Shown here piece by piece: positions 1-9,458 of a stretch of 50,563 nt of DNA. The stretch is from the NCBI GenBank assembly GCA_028709615.1, contig JAQVWQ010000001.1, positions 1 to 50,563 on the forward strand, in the 5' to 3' direction. The notes under the pieces are model-generated. The model was not told the origin of the DNA, ran no database searches, and was given only the letters and a program-made list of their open reading frames with translations. Position numbers and translations under genes: made by a program. Numbering within the stretch: position 1 is the first letter of the stretch; the number at the start of each line of letters is the position of its first letter. This DNA comes from Clostridia bacterium (GTDB taxonomy: Bacteria; Bacillota; Dehalobacteriia; UBA4068).

Positions 1-1876
1 CTCTGAATTATCCTGCATTTCTTGCTGCTCCTCAGAGGGCTCTTTAATAAAGCCCACATCATCGGCGGCAACTGAAGGCTGCTGCATAAGCTGATAAAAT
101 TCCTCAGCCTCAATAGTTTCTTTTTCCATTAAAACACTGGCCACCAGATGCAGCTTATCAAAATGCTCGGTTAAAATCTTTTCAGCACGGCGAAAAGCGT
201 CGTCCATAATTTGACGGGCTTCTTTATCTATGGCATAAGCAATTGCCTCACTATAATTACGCTCGTGCGAAAAATCGCGGCCCAAAAAAACAGCCTCTTG
301 GTCACGGCCAAAGGTCAGCGGCCCCAACTCATCGCTCATACCGTAGCGGGTAATCAATTGGCGCACCGAAGCGGTAGCTCTTTGTAAATCGTTTTGCGCA
401 CCGGTAGAAACATCCTTCAAAATCAATTTTTCCGCAACGCGGCCGCCCAAGAGCATAACCAAATCGTCCAAAATCATTGATTTTGTCACATATTTTTTAT
501 CCTCCTTAGGCAGCAGCAGCGTATAGCCGCCGGCGCGGCCGCGGGGAATGATCGATATTTTATGCAGCGGATCGGCATTATCCAAAAAGTATGAAACAAC
601 GGCATGACCGGCCTCATGATAAGAAACCAATTTCTTTTCGCGCTCGCTGATTACGCGGCTTTTTTTCTCGGGGCCGGCAATTACGCGTTCGGCAGCCTGC
701 TCAAATTCGTGCATACCGATTTTGGTTTTATGAAAACGCGCCGTCATCAAAGCAGCCTCGTTTACAACATTAGCTAAATCTGCGCCCGTAAATCCGGGTG
801 TACGGCGGGCAACGACCTTCAAATCCACATCCGAGGCCAAGGGTTTACCTTTAACATGCACCTGTAAAATCTGCTCACGCCCCAATACATCGGGAGCATC
901 TACGGTAACTTCACGATCAAAGCGACCGGGGCGCAGCAAGGCAGGATCTAAAATATCGGGGCGGTTTGTAGCGGCAATTACAATAATACCTTCGTTACCG
1001 TTAAAGCCGTCCATTTCCACCAGCAGCTGATTCAAGGTTTGCTCTCTTTCGTCGTGACCGCCGCCTAAGCCGGCGCCTCTTTGACGACCGACGGCATCGA
1101 TTTCATCTATAAATATTATACAAGGAGCATGCTTTTTGCCCTGTTCAAACAAATCGCGAACACGGGAAGCGCCAACACCGACAAACATTTCCACAAAATC
1201 CGAACCGGAAATAGAAAAGAAGGGGACACCGGCTTCACCGGCAACGGCGCGGGCCAGCAAGGTTTTACCGGTACCGGGAGGGCCGTAAAGCAAAACTCCC
1301 TTGGGGATCCTTGCCCCTATGGCCGTAAAACGGCGAGGATCCTTTAAAAAATCCACAACCTCTTCCAGTTCCTCTTTGACTTCATCAACACCTGCAACAT
1401 CGGCAAAGGTAACTTTTTTACGGTCATCCGTATGCAATTTTGCGCGGCTTTTGCCAAACTGCATAACCTTGCCGCCGCCGCCTTGACTTTGCTGCATCAA
1501 AAAAATAATTAAACCGGCAATCAAGAGCATTGGCAATAAAATGCTGAGCATCTCCACCCACCAGGCCGGTTTAGGCTCCTGAGCGTACGATTTAATTTCT
1601 ACCTTATTTTCAGCAAGAAAGTCCTCAATATCCATATTGGGAAAATCTTTTACATAAAAAGCGCGGCCGTCTTTTAATTCACCGGTAATTGTATATTCCT
1701 TATCTCCGGCTACAATCGAAACACTGGCCACTTGACCGTTTTCAACATAATTTTTAAACTCGCTGTTGCCGGGAGTTAAAACCTGTGAACGATTGCTGTT
1801 GGTAAAGGTAGTAAAAGCAACTACCAACAAAACAATCAACATAAAAATCATCGAATTTTTGATAACACGGTTCAAA
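1..1876 (-). CDS. ftsH: ATP-dependent zinc metalloprotease FtsH (C-terminus runs off the window at position 1)
   Basis: The minus-strand frame is open to the window edge, so it is absent from the ORF track. Translation shows an N-terminal TM, Walker A GPPGTGKT, the AAA second region of homology and the Zn motif HEAGHA. TTG start at 1876 follows AAGGAGG. Confidence 0.93.
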
Positions 1877-1939
1877 CAGAAAACCTCCTTAAAATTACGA
1901 ACCGAACTTTAATTTAAAAAAAGCCTATTATATTTTATC

Positions 1940-1968
1940 ATTATACTATAAAACATTTTCTCTAACAA
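1940..1968 (-). promoter_or_regulatory. Sigma-A type promoter for ftsH (TTGTTA-17 bp-TATAAT on the minus strand)
   Basis: The reverse complement reads TTGTTA (1963-1968), a 17-nt spacer, then TATAAT (1940-1945). It sits between the tilS stop and the ftsH RBS. Confidence 0.55.
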
Positions 1969-1975
1969 GTATATT

Positions 1976-3409
1976 TTATATTTTTTTCTTGATTTCGCGG
2001 CAAAAAAGCAAAAGCTTGCTTTTTTGCGGTGCTTTAAAACGCCCCTTGCGCAAATTTGCCACCCAAATAATTTGCTCGTCAAGCAATAAAAGCGGCCAAC
2101 TATCGCGTTTTTGATAAGAGATTTTTTTATCAATAAACAAAGCCTTGAGTTTTTTTGTACCCTCCATTCCCGCGGGCGCAAAAGAATCACCTTTCCTGCG
2201 GGTACGAAATGACAATCTGGGCAAATACTCTGCGGGCAAGGCAATATAATAATCCTCAGCCATAGGCAAAAGTGAATTAATGACCGCCGAGCGGTATTCC
2301 CAGCCCCAATCTGCCAAAGGCTGCCACTTATCCGTCAATACAACGGGAATCACTTCTTCATGCAAAACAGCTTGGGGTCTTTGATCGGAAAAAGCTAAAA
2401 CACCGTTTTGCCTATAAGCAAGCAATCGTCCGGGCAAAGAACAAACTGCACCTTCTTTAAGACAAATAACCCTTTCGGTCAAATCAAAATTTAGATTTTG
2501 AGCACGCATATTGTTTTCCATTAAATATTGCTCAAATGCCAAACGAACTATACGGCGGCGCAAGGCCAAAGGCAAGCTATCCAGCTTTGCCGCATCAAAT
2601 CCTCCCTCAGGTAAACGACATTCCTCATATGCTCCGCAGGCTGCCGAATGCAGCAAATCGTTTTCCGCACGCAAAATTTCCGCCGTTTTGCTAAGACGCT
2701 CACAAAGCCGAGGATTATACTCAGCTAAAAAAGGAATGGTCTGTAAACGCAAGCGATTGCGAGAAAAACGGATGTCCAGATTGCTTTCGTCAAACGAATA
2801 GGGCAGATGATTTTCCTCACAAACCACAGATAACTGTTTTTTTGTCAGCTGCAGCAAGGGACGGATAATAGCCCCTTCCTTAGGATACATGGCCGCCAGT
2901 CCCTCGCTGCCGCTGCCGCGTAAAAGATGCAGCAAAACCGTTTCGGCCTGATCCTCCAAATGATGGGCAGTGGCAATTTTTTCCGCCCCGACCATTGCGG
3001 CCACCTTAAAAAGAAATTTATAGCGCTCTTTTCTCGCCGTATCCTCCAAATTCTCACCCTTTGCCAGCTCCGCAACCGGGGCCCTGCCGCGCAAACAATC
3101 AATACCCTGCCAGGAACACCAATCCTCTACAATTTGGCCCTCCAGCGCACTTTCCGGACGCAGCTGATGATCAAAATGAGCTGCTGCCAAATAAAAGCCG
3201 AGGTCTGCCTGCAAATCAGCCAGAATTTTAAGCATAGCAAAAGAGTCGCTGCCTCCGGATACTGCAGCCAAAACGCGTGTGCCTGAAGAGAACAACTCTT
3301 CTTTTATTATATAGCGTTTAACTGTTTGGCAGATCTCTTTCGTTTGCTGCGACAAAGACAACGCCTCCTTAAAGCTAATAATTCGTTCTTTTGGGTATTT
3401 ATCCTGCAC
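1976..3409 (-). CDS. tilS: tRNA(Ile)-lysidine synthetase TilS
   Basis: 477 aa with the PP-loop SGGSDS near the N-terminus and a TilS-type C-terminal domain. It keeps the conserved spoIIE-tilS-ftsH neighbourhood. Confidence 0.9.
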   Translation of the reverse strand: MQDKYPKERIISFKEALSLSQQTKEICQTVKRYIIKEELFSSGTRVLAAVSGGSDSFAMLKILADLQADLGFYLAAAHFDHQLRPESALEGQIVEDWCSWQGIDCLRGRAPVAELAKGENLEDTARKERYKFLFKVAAMVGAEKIATAHHLEDQAETVLLHLLRGSGSEGLAAMYPKEGAIIRPLLQLTKKQLSVVCEENHLPYSFDESNLDIRFSRNRLRLQTIPFLAEYNPRLCERLSKTAEILRAENDLLHSAACGAYEECRLPEGGFDAAKLDSLPLALRRRIVRLAFEQYLMENNMRAQNLNFDLTERVICLKEGAVCSLPGRLLAYRQNGVLAFSDQRPQAVLHEEVIPVVLTDKWQPLADWGWEYRSAVINSLLPMAEDYYIALPAEYLPRLSFRTRRKGDSFAPAGMEGTKKLKALFIDKKISYQKRDSWPLLLLDEQIIWVANLRKGRFKAPQKSKLLLFCREIKKKI

Positions 3410-3471
3410 AACTTTTTATCAATACCATAAATAGGCATATCCGGACAACTAATTATTAATACCTAAGAATA

Positions 3472-3504
3472 CTGAAAATAAAAAGCGGGTCTTTTTGACC
3501 CGCT
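3472..3504 (-). terminator. Rho-independent terminator after spoIIE
   Basis: 8-bp GC-rich stem (agcgggtc/gacccgct) with a 5-nt loop, followed on the minus strand by TTTTTATTTT. Confidence 0.7.
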
Positions 3505-3533
3505 TAGGTAGAATACTTTAAAAAAACTTACAA

Positions 3534-5906
3534 TTAAGCAATCTTTGCTACCAAAACCGTAATATCATCACGCACCGCGCCGCCGGACATAATAACAGCT
3601 CTATCCAGCAAATACTCGGCCAAAAACTGGGCGTCATCACTGGGAGCCTGCTGTAAAAGCCTGCTTAACCAATCAGCATCGCCAACAGCCTCGCAAAGGC
3701 CGTCGCTGGCCATAATGATCACATCACCAACCTGGGTTTTTTCCTCAATAACATCTCTCTCCACCGTCGAAAGCATGCCAACCGGCAAGCTTGCGCCCTT
3801 AACAACCTTAATTTCACTGCCCCGTTTAATAAAACTGGGCGCACCGCCTGTTTTGATAAACTCAACATTGCCGTCATATAAATTAAGCAAACACAGATCC
3901 ATTGTCACAAAGCTTTCTTCCTGCCCGCGCAAGCTCATAGCCGCATTTACCATTTCAATAGCCGTATCGCGGCCGATACCGATCTCCAGTAAGCGCGAAA
4001 CCAAAGACAAAGCTCGAGAGGATTCCTTAGCGGCCTTGTAACCGATACCCATACCGTCACTGACCATCATCAGCTGCTTACCTTCGCCTAAAAGCATGCT
4101 TGCTCCGCAATCGCCGCAAACACCGTTTTCATCCTTAGCAAGCTGCGCCTTGCCCAAAAACACCCGATGCGCCCCATTTTGCAAAAGCCGATAACGGCAA
4201 CGAGTCGTTTGTGCTTCACAAACAGTTTCATAAACACTGTAATCGGTATTCAATAAACGAGAAACCTCCTGCTCAACCCCTTCGCGGCAAATTTGCTCTC
4301 CCGGACATTGAATATAATCTACCCATATATCCAAGGTCTTTTCACTAATATTGCTAACACCTGCGCTTTCTGCCGGCAAATTCCGTTTAACCAAGGCTCT
4401 TGCCAGCTCACGATCAAGCAGCTCTCTTTCACCGCTAAAATCGGTAATCTCACGGGCAAGCCCGGTCAGCACATCAGAAAGAGCGTTCATCTGGCCGCTT
4501 AACAATCTGCCCGAAGCCGCCCGCTGCTCCTGCCAATAGTTACTGCGACAATAAAGCTCATAAAGACAGTTTACGACCGCCAACAATTCCTTAGAATGAG
4601 GGCAGCGGCGGGCAAAGCCTTCGGGCAGATCCTTTACCCCGGCCGTTCCCTTTTTTTCCACTGCCGAAAACAGACGCAAAATACCTCGGTAGCTGTGCGA
4701 ATAATCTATTTCCCAGCAAATTTCTTTCATAGAGCATTCACCGCAGACCTGTTTATTTAACTGATCCAAAACCTGACCAAGCCCTTCATCACCGTCCACC
4801 TGTGTTTCACCGACTTCACCCAAGGAGCGCGACAAATCCTTAAAAGCCCAACTGGCGTTTTTTAAACGGCGCACAGCCAGCTGCATCAGCCTTTCGTTTT
4901 TTTCCTCCCGCGCGCTTTTTAAGCCGGCAGCAGAAAAAGCTGTTTTTAAAAATTTATAAAACCGCTGTGGCAATAAAAAGAAAAATAAGGCCGCCGCCGC
5001 GCTGGCAGCGAGCGATAAAGCAATTTGTTCCGCCGAAAGCAGGTATATGGCCAAAATCAAATTGCCGAGAAAAAACCCCAAAATCGCGCCTATCCTTCCA
5101 AAATTGGCAAAAAGTCCGGCCAGCAACCCCGAAAAAGCATAAGAGGCAATCTGCGTAGGAGCCACGACCGTTGAAAGGGAAGGGACAACGCCTACCATCG
5201 CCCCACAAGCGGCGCCCGCTCCCGGTCCGCCCAAAAAAGCCGCTGCCAAAATCAAAAGCCGGCCGGCTACATCCTGCAAGGTAATGCCGCTGACCTGCCA
5301 GCCCGACAAGCCGCAAATTACGCCGGCAGCTATAATAAAAAAGCAGATCGTTTCATCGATTGAAAAGCGCCGCACCGACTCAAAACGCCGCATAGCCTGA
5401 AAAAAGACTAAAAAAACCAGCGTCAAGCCTCCGGCAAACAGGGCCTCAAAAACGCCGGCCATAAATAAGTAACTGCCGCCTCCCGTCAAAGTGACAAACA
5501 CGCCCTTGGCAACCAGCATCACGCTGGCCGCTAAACAAGGCAAAACTATCCATTGCTTGAGCCCGTCAGCCTGATAAAAGAACAATAACAGGGATAAAAC
5601 CGCATAAACGGCCAAATATAAAATAATTTCCGTACCCTGCATGGCTAAAAAAGAACCGGCCGCCAAAGCCAAAAAGAACCAGGGAATACTATGTTTGTAA
5701 TAAACGGCCGCCGCAGTTAAAATCGCCGCGCCAAAGGGATATAAGCTGCCCAGCAATTGAGCGCGGGCCAGCAATACGGCACAAACCAATAAACAAATCA
5801 GCTCCCAGGGAATTAAAAAACACTCCTCCCCGGATCTAACGGCAATCTCTCCGGCTTCTGCCGCTTTTTTTCTTTTAAAAGGATAAATATGAGGATATTC
5901 CGACAT
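3534..5906 (-). CDS. spoIIE: Stage II sporulation protein E (SpoIIE), a polytopic membrane PP2C phosphatase
   Basis: About 10 predicted TM helices lead into a C-terminal PP2C domain (MVSDGMGIG, IMASDGL). The ORF track starts at 5954, but the ATG at 5906 has a GGAGG RBS 7 nt upstream and is preferred. Confidence 0.88.
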   Translation of the reverse strand: MSEYPHIYPFKRKKAAEAGEIAVRSGEECFLIPWELICLLVCAVLLARAQLLGSLYPFGAAILTAAAVYYKHSIPWFFLALAAGSFLAMQGTEIILYLAVYAVLSLLLFFYQADGLKQWIVLPCLAASVMLVAKGVFVTLTGGGSYLFMAGVFEALFAGGLTLVFLVFFQAMRRFESVRRFSIDETICFFIIAAGVICGLSGWQVSGITLQDVAGRLLILAAAFLGGPGAGAACGAMVGVVPSLSTVVAPTQIASYAFSGLLAGLFANFGRIGAILGFFLGNLILAIYLLSAEQIALSLAASAAAALFFFLLPQRFYKFLKTAFSAAGLKSAREEKNERLMQLAVRRLKNASWAFKDLSRSLGEVGETQVDGDEGLGQVLDQLNKQVCGECSMKEICWEIDYSHSYRGILRLFSAVEKKGTAGVKDLPEGFARRCPHSKELLAVVNCLYELYCRSNYWQEQRAASGRLLSGQMNALSDVLTGLAREITDFSGERELLDRELARALVKRNLPAESAGVSNISEKTLDIWVDYIQCPGEQICREGVEQEVSRLLNTDYSVYETVCEAQTTRCRYRLLQNGAHRVFLGKAQLAKDENGVCGDCGASMLLGEGKQLMMVSDGMGIGYKAAKESSRALSLVSRLLEIGIGRDTAIEMVNAAMSLRGQEESFVTMDLCLLNLYDGNVEFIKTGGAPSFIKRGSEIKVVKGASLPVGMLSTVERDVIEEKTQVGDVIIMASDGLCEAVGDADWLSRLLQQAPSDDAQFLAEYLLDRAVIMSGGAVRDDITVLVAKIA

Positions 5907-5977
5907 CCGACCACCTCCGAAAACGGTGTTTTCTTGATTTTTAAGGACAAACATACTTGTCCGCTTGCCTCGGCTTC

Positions 5978-6042
5978 ATTATAAACCGTAACAAATATAA
6001 AATCTGTCGTAACAAGGCAGGCAAAAAAAGCGTTTTCCGACA
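5978..6042 (-). promoter_or_regulatory. Putative spoIIE promoter with Spo0A-box-like elements
   Basis: Minus-strand TATAAT (5978-5983) has no good -35. A TACGACA element (plus-strand tgtcgta, 6005-6011) overlaps the -35 position, and a TGTCGGA element sits at 6036-6042. Each matches the 0A box TGTCGAA at 6 of 7 positions. Confidence 0.3.
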
Positions 6043-6150
6043 AAAACCTTGTTAAAAACCGCTTTAGGTAACAGAAAAAACGCCCTCGATTAAAAAGGCT
6101 TTTTTTTGGACAAAATATTAACATATTTTGTTAAAGGAGAATAAAAACAA

Positions 6151-6585
6151 ATGCTGTTATTTTTGCTTTTGGCGGCAGCCTCCGGATTAATGATGGCGGT
6201 ACAAGGCAGTATTAACGGATCTTTAGGCAAAATAATCGGAGTTTGGCAAGGCAATTTACTGGTGCATGCCATCGGCTTGGCTGCGGTATTGGCCATTTTG
6301 CTGTTATCAGGCGGCGGCAAAGGAGACTGGAGCAAAATCTCCGATGTACCTTGGTATTTATACAGCGGCGGACTGATTAACGCGGCAATCATCTTTGCCG
6401 TAATGTCGTCCATTGCCGCTTTGGGAGCGGGTAAGGCCACCTCGGCAATTATTGTCGGGCAGCTCAGCGCCGCTTTGATAATCGATGCTTTCGGTTTTTT
6501 CGGCCTGGATAAACAACCGTTGACCTTAATGAAAGGCGGCGGACTGATCTTAATGCTTATTGGTGCAAGATTTATCTTAAAATAA
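6151..6585 (+). CDS. DMT-superfamily small membrane transporter (DUF606/YdcZ-like)
   Basis: 144 aa with 4-5 hydrophobic helices. A GQL...IDAFGFFG motif is typical of the YdcZ family. Confidence 0.6.
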   Translation: MLLFLLLAAASGLMMAVQGSINGSLGKIIGVWQGNLLVHAIGLAAVLAILLLSGGGKGDWSKISDVPWYLYSGGLINAAIIFAVMSSIAALGAGKATSAIIVGQLSAALIIDAFGFFGLDKQPLTLMKGGGLILMLIGARFILK

Positions 6586-6635
6586 GAGTATTTATACTAA
6601 AATAAAAGTTTTTTTATAAAAAACCAAAAAAAGGC

Positions 6636-6664
6636 TTGACAAGCGTAGTGTTTTTTGTTAAATT
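6636..6664 (+). promoter_or_regulatory. Sigma-A promoter for the tRNA pair (TTGACA-17-TAAATT)
   Basis: Consensus -35 TTGACA at 6636-6641, a 17-nt spacer, then TAAATT at 6659-6664, about 18 nt upstream of the tRNA 5' end. Confidence 0.6.
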
Positions 6665-6682
6665 TAACAAGTGGCTAATTTC

Positions 6683-6759
6683 GGCGGTGTAGCCCAGTGG
6701 TTCAGAGCACTCGGTTCATACCCGGGGTGTCGCTGGTTCAAATCCAGCCACCGCCACCA
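6683..6759 (+). tRNA. tRNA-Met (CAU), elongator type
   Basis: Cloverleaf readable by eye: acceptor GGCGGTG/CACCGCC, anticodon loop TTCATAC, T-arm GCTGG-TTCAAAT-CCAGC and an encoded CCA. The 5' GGCGGTG matches elongator Met rather than initiator or Ile2. Confidence 0.85.
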
Positions 6760-6764
6760 AACCC

Positions 6765-6841
6765 GGCGCGTTGGAGAAGCGGCTTAACTCACCAGCCTTT
6801 CACGCTGGCATTCATGGGTTCGAATCCCATACGCGTCACCA
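6765..6841 (+). tRNA. tRNA-Glu (UUC)
   Basis: Acceptor GGCGCGT/ACGCGTC, anticodon stem CCAGC/GCTGG with loop CTTTCAC, T-loop GGTTCGAATCC and an encoded CCA. Confidence 0.85.
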
Positions 6842-6847
6842 AAAACA

Positions 6848-6906
6848 AAACAAATCCGAACTTACTTGTTAATCTTACAACAAAAAGTTCGGATTTGTTT
6901 TTATTC
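6848..6906 (+). terminator. Terminator after the tRNA genes
   Basis: 14-bp perfect stem (aaacaaatccgaac/gttcggatttgttt) followed by a T-rich run. Confidence 0.7.
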
Positions 6907-6964
6907 TGCAATAATCTGCAAAATTAACTCGAAAAAAATAACAACTTTGGTGTTCTGAACAAAG

Positions 6965-6990
6965 CTCCGCTGCTCCAGCGGGGTTTTTTA
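6965..6990. terminator. Second hairpin/terminator abutting the merR-family gene stop
   Basis: 8-bp stem ctccgctg/cagcgggg with a 3-nt loop and TTTTTT on the plus strand. An A-tract context on the other side could serve the convergent minus-strand gene. Confidence 0.45.
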
Positions 6991-7773
6991 TTATTTTAAT
7001 ACCTGAAATTCAATCGGCGGCGGACTGCCGTCCAGCACAAAGTTATAATAATCGGCCTCTACCAAAAATTTTATCTGACCGCTATTCATATTTGCCAACA
7101 GCTCGTTATGCACATCCTCACTGTCCTTGTCGGCAACAATTTTACAGGCATATTGACCCGCGGGCAGCGTTAATAAGCGCTTGTCGGTTTTTTTCGTCGG
7201 CGCAATTTCCAAAAAAGCATATCGCTTGACAGTGCCTTCTTCGGCAATATAAACCAGCCCTTGCTGATAAAACGCGGTCAGCCCCAATTTTAATGACAGT
7301 AAATACACCTCTGTAGTCGCCTTTAGATAAGCCTTTATATCAGTATAAGCGCTGTTCCAGGGCACTGTTAAAACCTGCCGAGCCCTCAAGCGACGCGTAA
7401 ATTCCCTGCCGTCGCGGTCTGCCAGGCCCGACTCCTTTTCATATTGAGATAAGCTTTCCAGCCGCAATAAAGATTCTTTGACCTTTTTATATTTAACGGC
7501 GGCAATTTTTTTGCCGTCTGCCAAAACCTCCTTTATTTTTAAACGATTATGTTCATCTACATATTGATGAAAATTTTTTAACGGAATATCAAGCTCCAAA
7601 CACAAAAATATTGCCTCAATAATAATCAGCTGCTCAGGAGTATAATAGCGATACAAATTTTGCGGATTAATATAGGCCGGCTTTAAAATTCCCTGCTGCT
7701 CATAATAGCGCAGAGCTTTTACGCTGATGCCCTTTAATTTTGCCGCTTCGCCGATTGACAGAAGCTTTTTCAT
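6991..7773 (-). CDS. MerR-family transcriptional activator with a C-terminal GyrI-like effector-binding domain (BmrR-like)
   Basis: N-terminal winged HTH (IGEAAKLKGISVKALRYYEQQGIL) leads into a coiled coil and a roughly 150-aa C-terminal domain. It is divergent from a MATE pump. Confidence 0.85.
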   Translation of the reverse strand: MKKLLSIGEAAKLKGISVKALRYYEQQGILKPAYINPQNLYRYYTPEQLIIIEAIFLCLELDIPLKNFHQYVDEHNRLKIKEVLADGKKIAAVKYKKVKESLLRLESLSQYEKESGLADRDGREFTRRLRARQVLTVPWNSAYTDIKAYLKATTEVYLLSLKLGLTAFYQQGLVYIAEEGTVKRYAFLEIAPTKKTDKRLLTLPAGQYACKIVADKDSEDVHNELLANMNSGQIKFLVEADYYNFVLDGSPPPIEFQVLK

Positions 7774-7792
7774 ATATTTTTCCGGCCTCCTC

Positions 7793-7823
7793 TTGACTCT
7801 GCCCCAAGGGTATAGTTTATACT
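7793..7823 (+). promoter_or_regulatory. MerR-type promoter with a 19-bp spacer and an imperfect dyad operator
   Basis: TTGACT (7793-7798), a 19-nt spacer, then TATACT (7818-7823). The spacer holds the dyad ACTCTGCCC-caa-GGGTATAGT with 7 of 9 positions symmetric. The left half resembles my recollection of the B. subtilis bmr promoter (TTGACTCTCCCC). Confidence 0.6.
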
Positions 7824-7876
7824 TTTTATTATATCAAAACAGAGTCTTTTTCTCAAGCCTTGAGGAGGTTTTACCC

Positions 7877-9223
7877 TTGTCTGAACGAAAAACTTTTCTT
7901 CACTATATTATACCATCAATTGGCGCAACTATGGTTACCGCGCTTTATGTGGTAGTTGACGGAATTTTTGTCGGGCGCGGCGTCGGTCCGCAAGCACTGG
8001 CCGCCATTAACCTATCATATCCATACATTACAATTCTCTTTGCCGCCAGCGCCATGCTGGCCATGGGCGGAGCGGCAATTACCGCTATCAACTTCGGGCG
8101 AGGTAACAGCAAAGCGGCCAACCGCAGCTTTGCCGTAACCTTCAAGCTGGTAATATATTTCACGATTTTGATCAGCGCAATCAGCGTGGCTTTTGCGGAG
8201 TTTTTTGCCGAGCTGATGGGAGCTAACGCTGCCTTGCTGGCGGATACGGCAACCTACATCCGTTATTACACTCTTTTCAGCAGCTTTTATTGCTTGGCAA
8301 TGCTTTTGGCTGTTTTTGTTCGCAACGATGCCAACCCCCGTCTTTCTCTGTGGGGAATGCTGATTGGCGCAATTGCCAATGTTTTTTTTGACTGGCTGTT
8401 TATTTTTCCGTTAAATATGGGCTTAATGGGAGCGGCAATTGCTTCCGGTTTGGGTCAAATTTTATCTGTTTTCGTTTTGCTCAGCCACTTTTGGCGTAAA
8501 CGCGGCCTACTGCGCTTTAATAAAACATCTTTAAGCTTTGCCATAACCAAGGATATTTGCAAGGTCGGCTTTCCCGAATTTATTTCGCAAATGAGCTTAG
8601 CGGTTACTATCTTCTGCTACAACCTGATCGTTCTTAAATACTACGGAGAAGTCGGTGTTTCCGCCTTCGGTGTCGTTTGTTATTTATTAGAAATCGTCAT
8701 CGCCGTTTTTTTAGGCGTTTCTCAGGGCTCTCAGCCTTTGCTCAGCCGTCGCTACGGCGCAAAAGATGTTTTAGGCGAAAAACATTATTTAAAAATGGCC
8801 TTTACGGCCAATTTGCTGCTGTCTGTAATCACTTATCTGTTAATGCTTGTTTTTGGCCGCTCGATCATTTTTATTTTCAATCCCGATCCGACTTTAATTA
8901 ATTTAGGTTATAAATTTTTCTGTTATTACGGCTTTTCCTTTATTTTTGCTTCTGTCAATATCGTTTTTACAACTTACTTTTTGGCAACCAAGCGCACCGG
9001 CCGCTCAATAATCATCGCCGTCTTGCGCAGTCTTTTCCTCAACGCCCTTTTGGCTTTTTTGTTCCCCCTGCTTTTAGGAAAGGCCGCTATTTGGCTGGGT
9101 ATCAGCGCAACGGAAATAATTGTAATGCTCATAGCCGTTATTCTTTATAAATTACCGCCGTCAAAATTACAACATAATAAAAAAAGGAGGGTATCTTCTT
9201 CTGAACCGCTCCTTGTCAAGTAG
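7877..9223 (+). CDS. MATE-family multidrug efflux transporter
   Basis: About 12 TM helices and an N-terminus typical of MATE proteins (IPSIGATMVTALYVVVDGIFVGRGVG). The ORF track begins at 7727. The in-frame TTG at 7877 follows GAGGAGG and avoids overlap with the divergent merR gene. Confidence 0.85.
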   Translation: MSERKTFLHYIIPSIGATMVTALYVVVDGIFVGRGVGPQALAAINLSYPYITILFAASAMLAMGGAAITAINFGRGNSKAANRSFAVTFKLVIYFTILISAISVAFAEFFAELMGANAALLADTATYIRYYTLFSSFYCLAMLLAVFVRNDANPRLSLWGMLIGAIANVFFDWLFIFPLNMGLMGAAIASGLGQILSVFVLLSHFWRKRGLLRFNKTSLSFAITKDICKVGFPEFISQMSLAVTIFCYNLIVLKYYGEVGVSAFGVVCYLLEIVIAVFLGVSQGSQPLLSRRYGAKDVLGEKHYLKMAFTANLLLSVITYLLMLVFGRSIIFIFNPDPTLINLGYKFFCYYGFSFIFASVNIVFTTYFLATKRTGRSIIIAVLRSLFLNALLAFLFPLLLGKAAIWLGISATEIIVMLIAVILYKLPPSKLQHNKKRRVSSSEPLLVK

Positions 9224-9353
9224 CCAATAGAAAAAATAAAGAATCCTTAGCGCAATACTTTTATTATTAAAAGAGGAGAATGAGAATAAGCGCTGTAATA
9301 AATAAAACCATCAACGCGATGGCTTTTTAACGGCAAAATACATCAAAATTATT

Positions 9354-9386
9354 TGATATAATTGTCCTTTTATCAAAAGGACAATT
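9354..9386 (+). promoter_or_regulatory. Extended -10 promoter (TGATATAAT) overlapped by a 12-3-12 perfect palindrome upstream of arsC
   Basis: TGnTATAAT at 9354-9362. The palindrome AATTGTCCTTTT-atc-AAAAGGACAATT at 9360-9386 starts inside the -10 element. Confidence 0.4.
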
Positions 9387-9458
9387 GTCGGTGTTCTAGG
9401 TTCCGGTCATGCTGACGCTCGTAAAAATTACAAAACAATTCGAAAGGTTGGTTTAAAA

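Noticed and set aside
1081-1486. Two plus-strand ORFs (88 and 61 aa) near the window start, and similar ORFs at 2511-3286
   Set aside because: They lie antisense within the continuous FtsH and TilS reading frames and lack RBSs. Their low-complexity translations are typical of shadow ORFs.
6697-6927. 76-aa plus-strand ORF
   Set aside because: It reads straight through tRNA-Met and tRNA-Glu. These cloverleaves explain the sequence fully.
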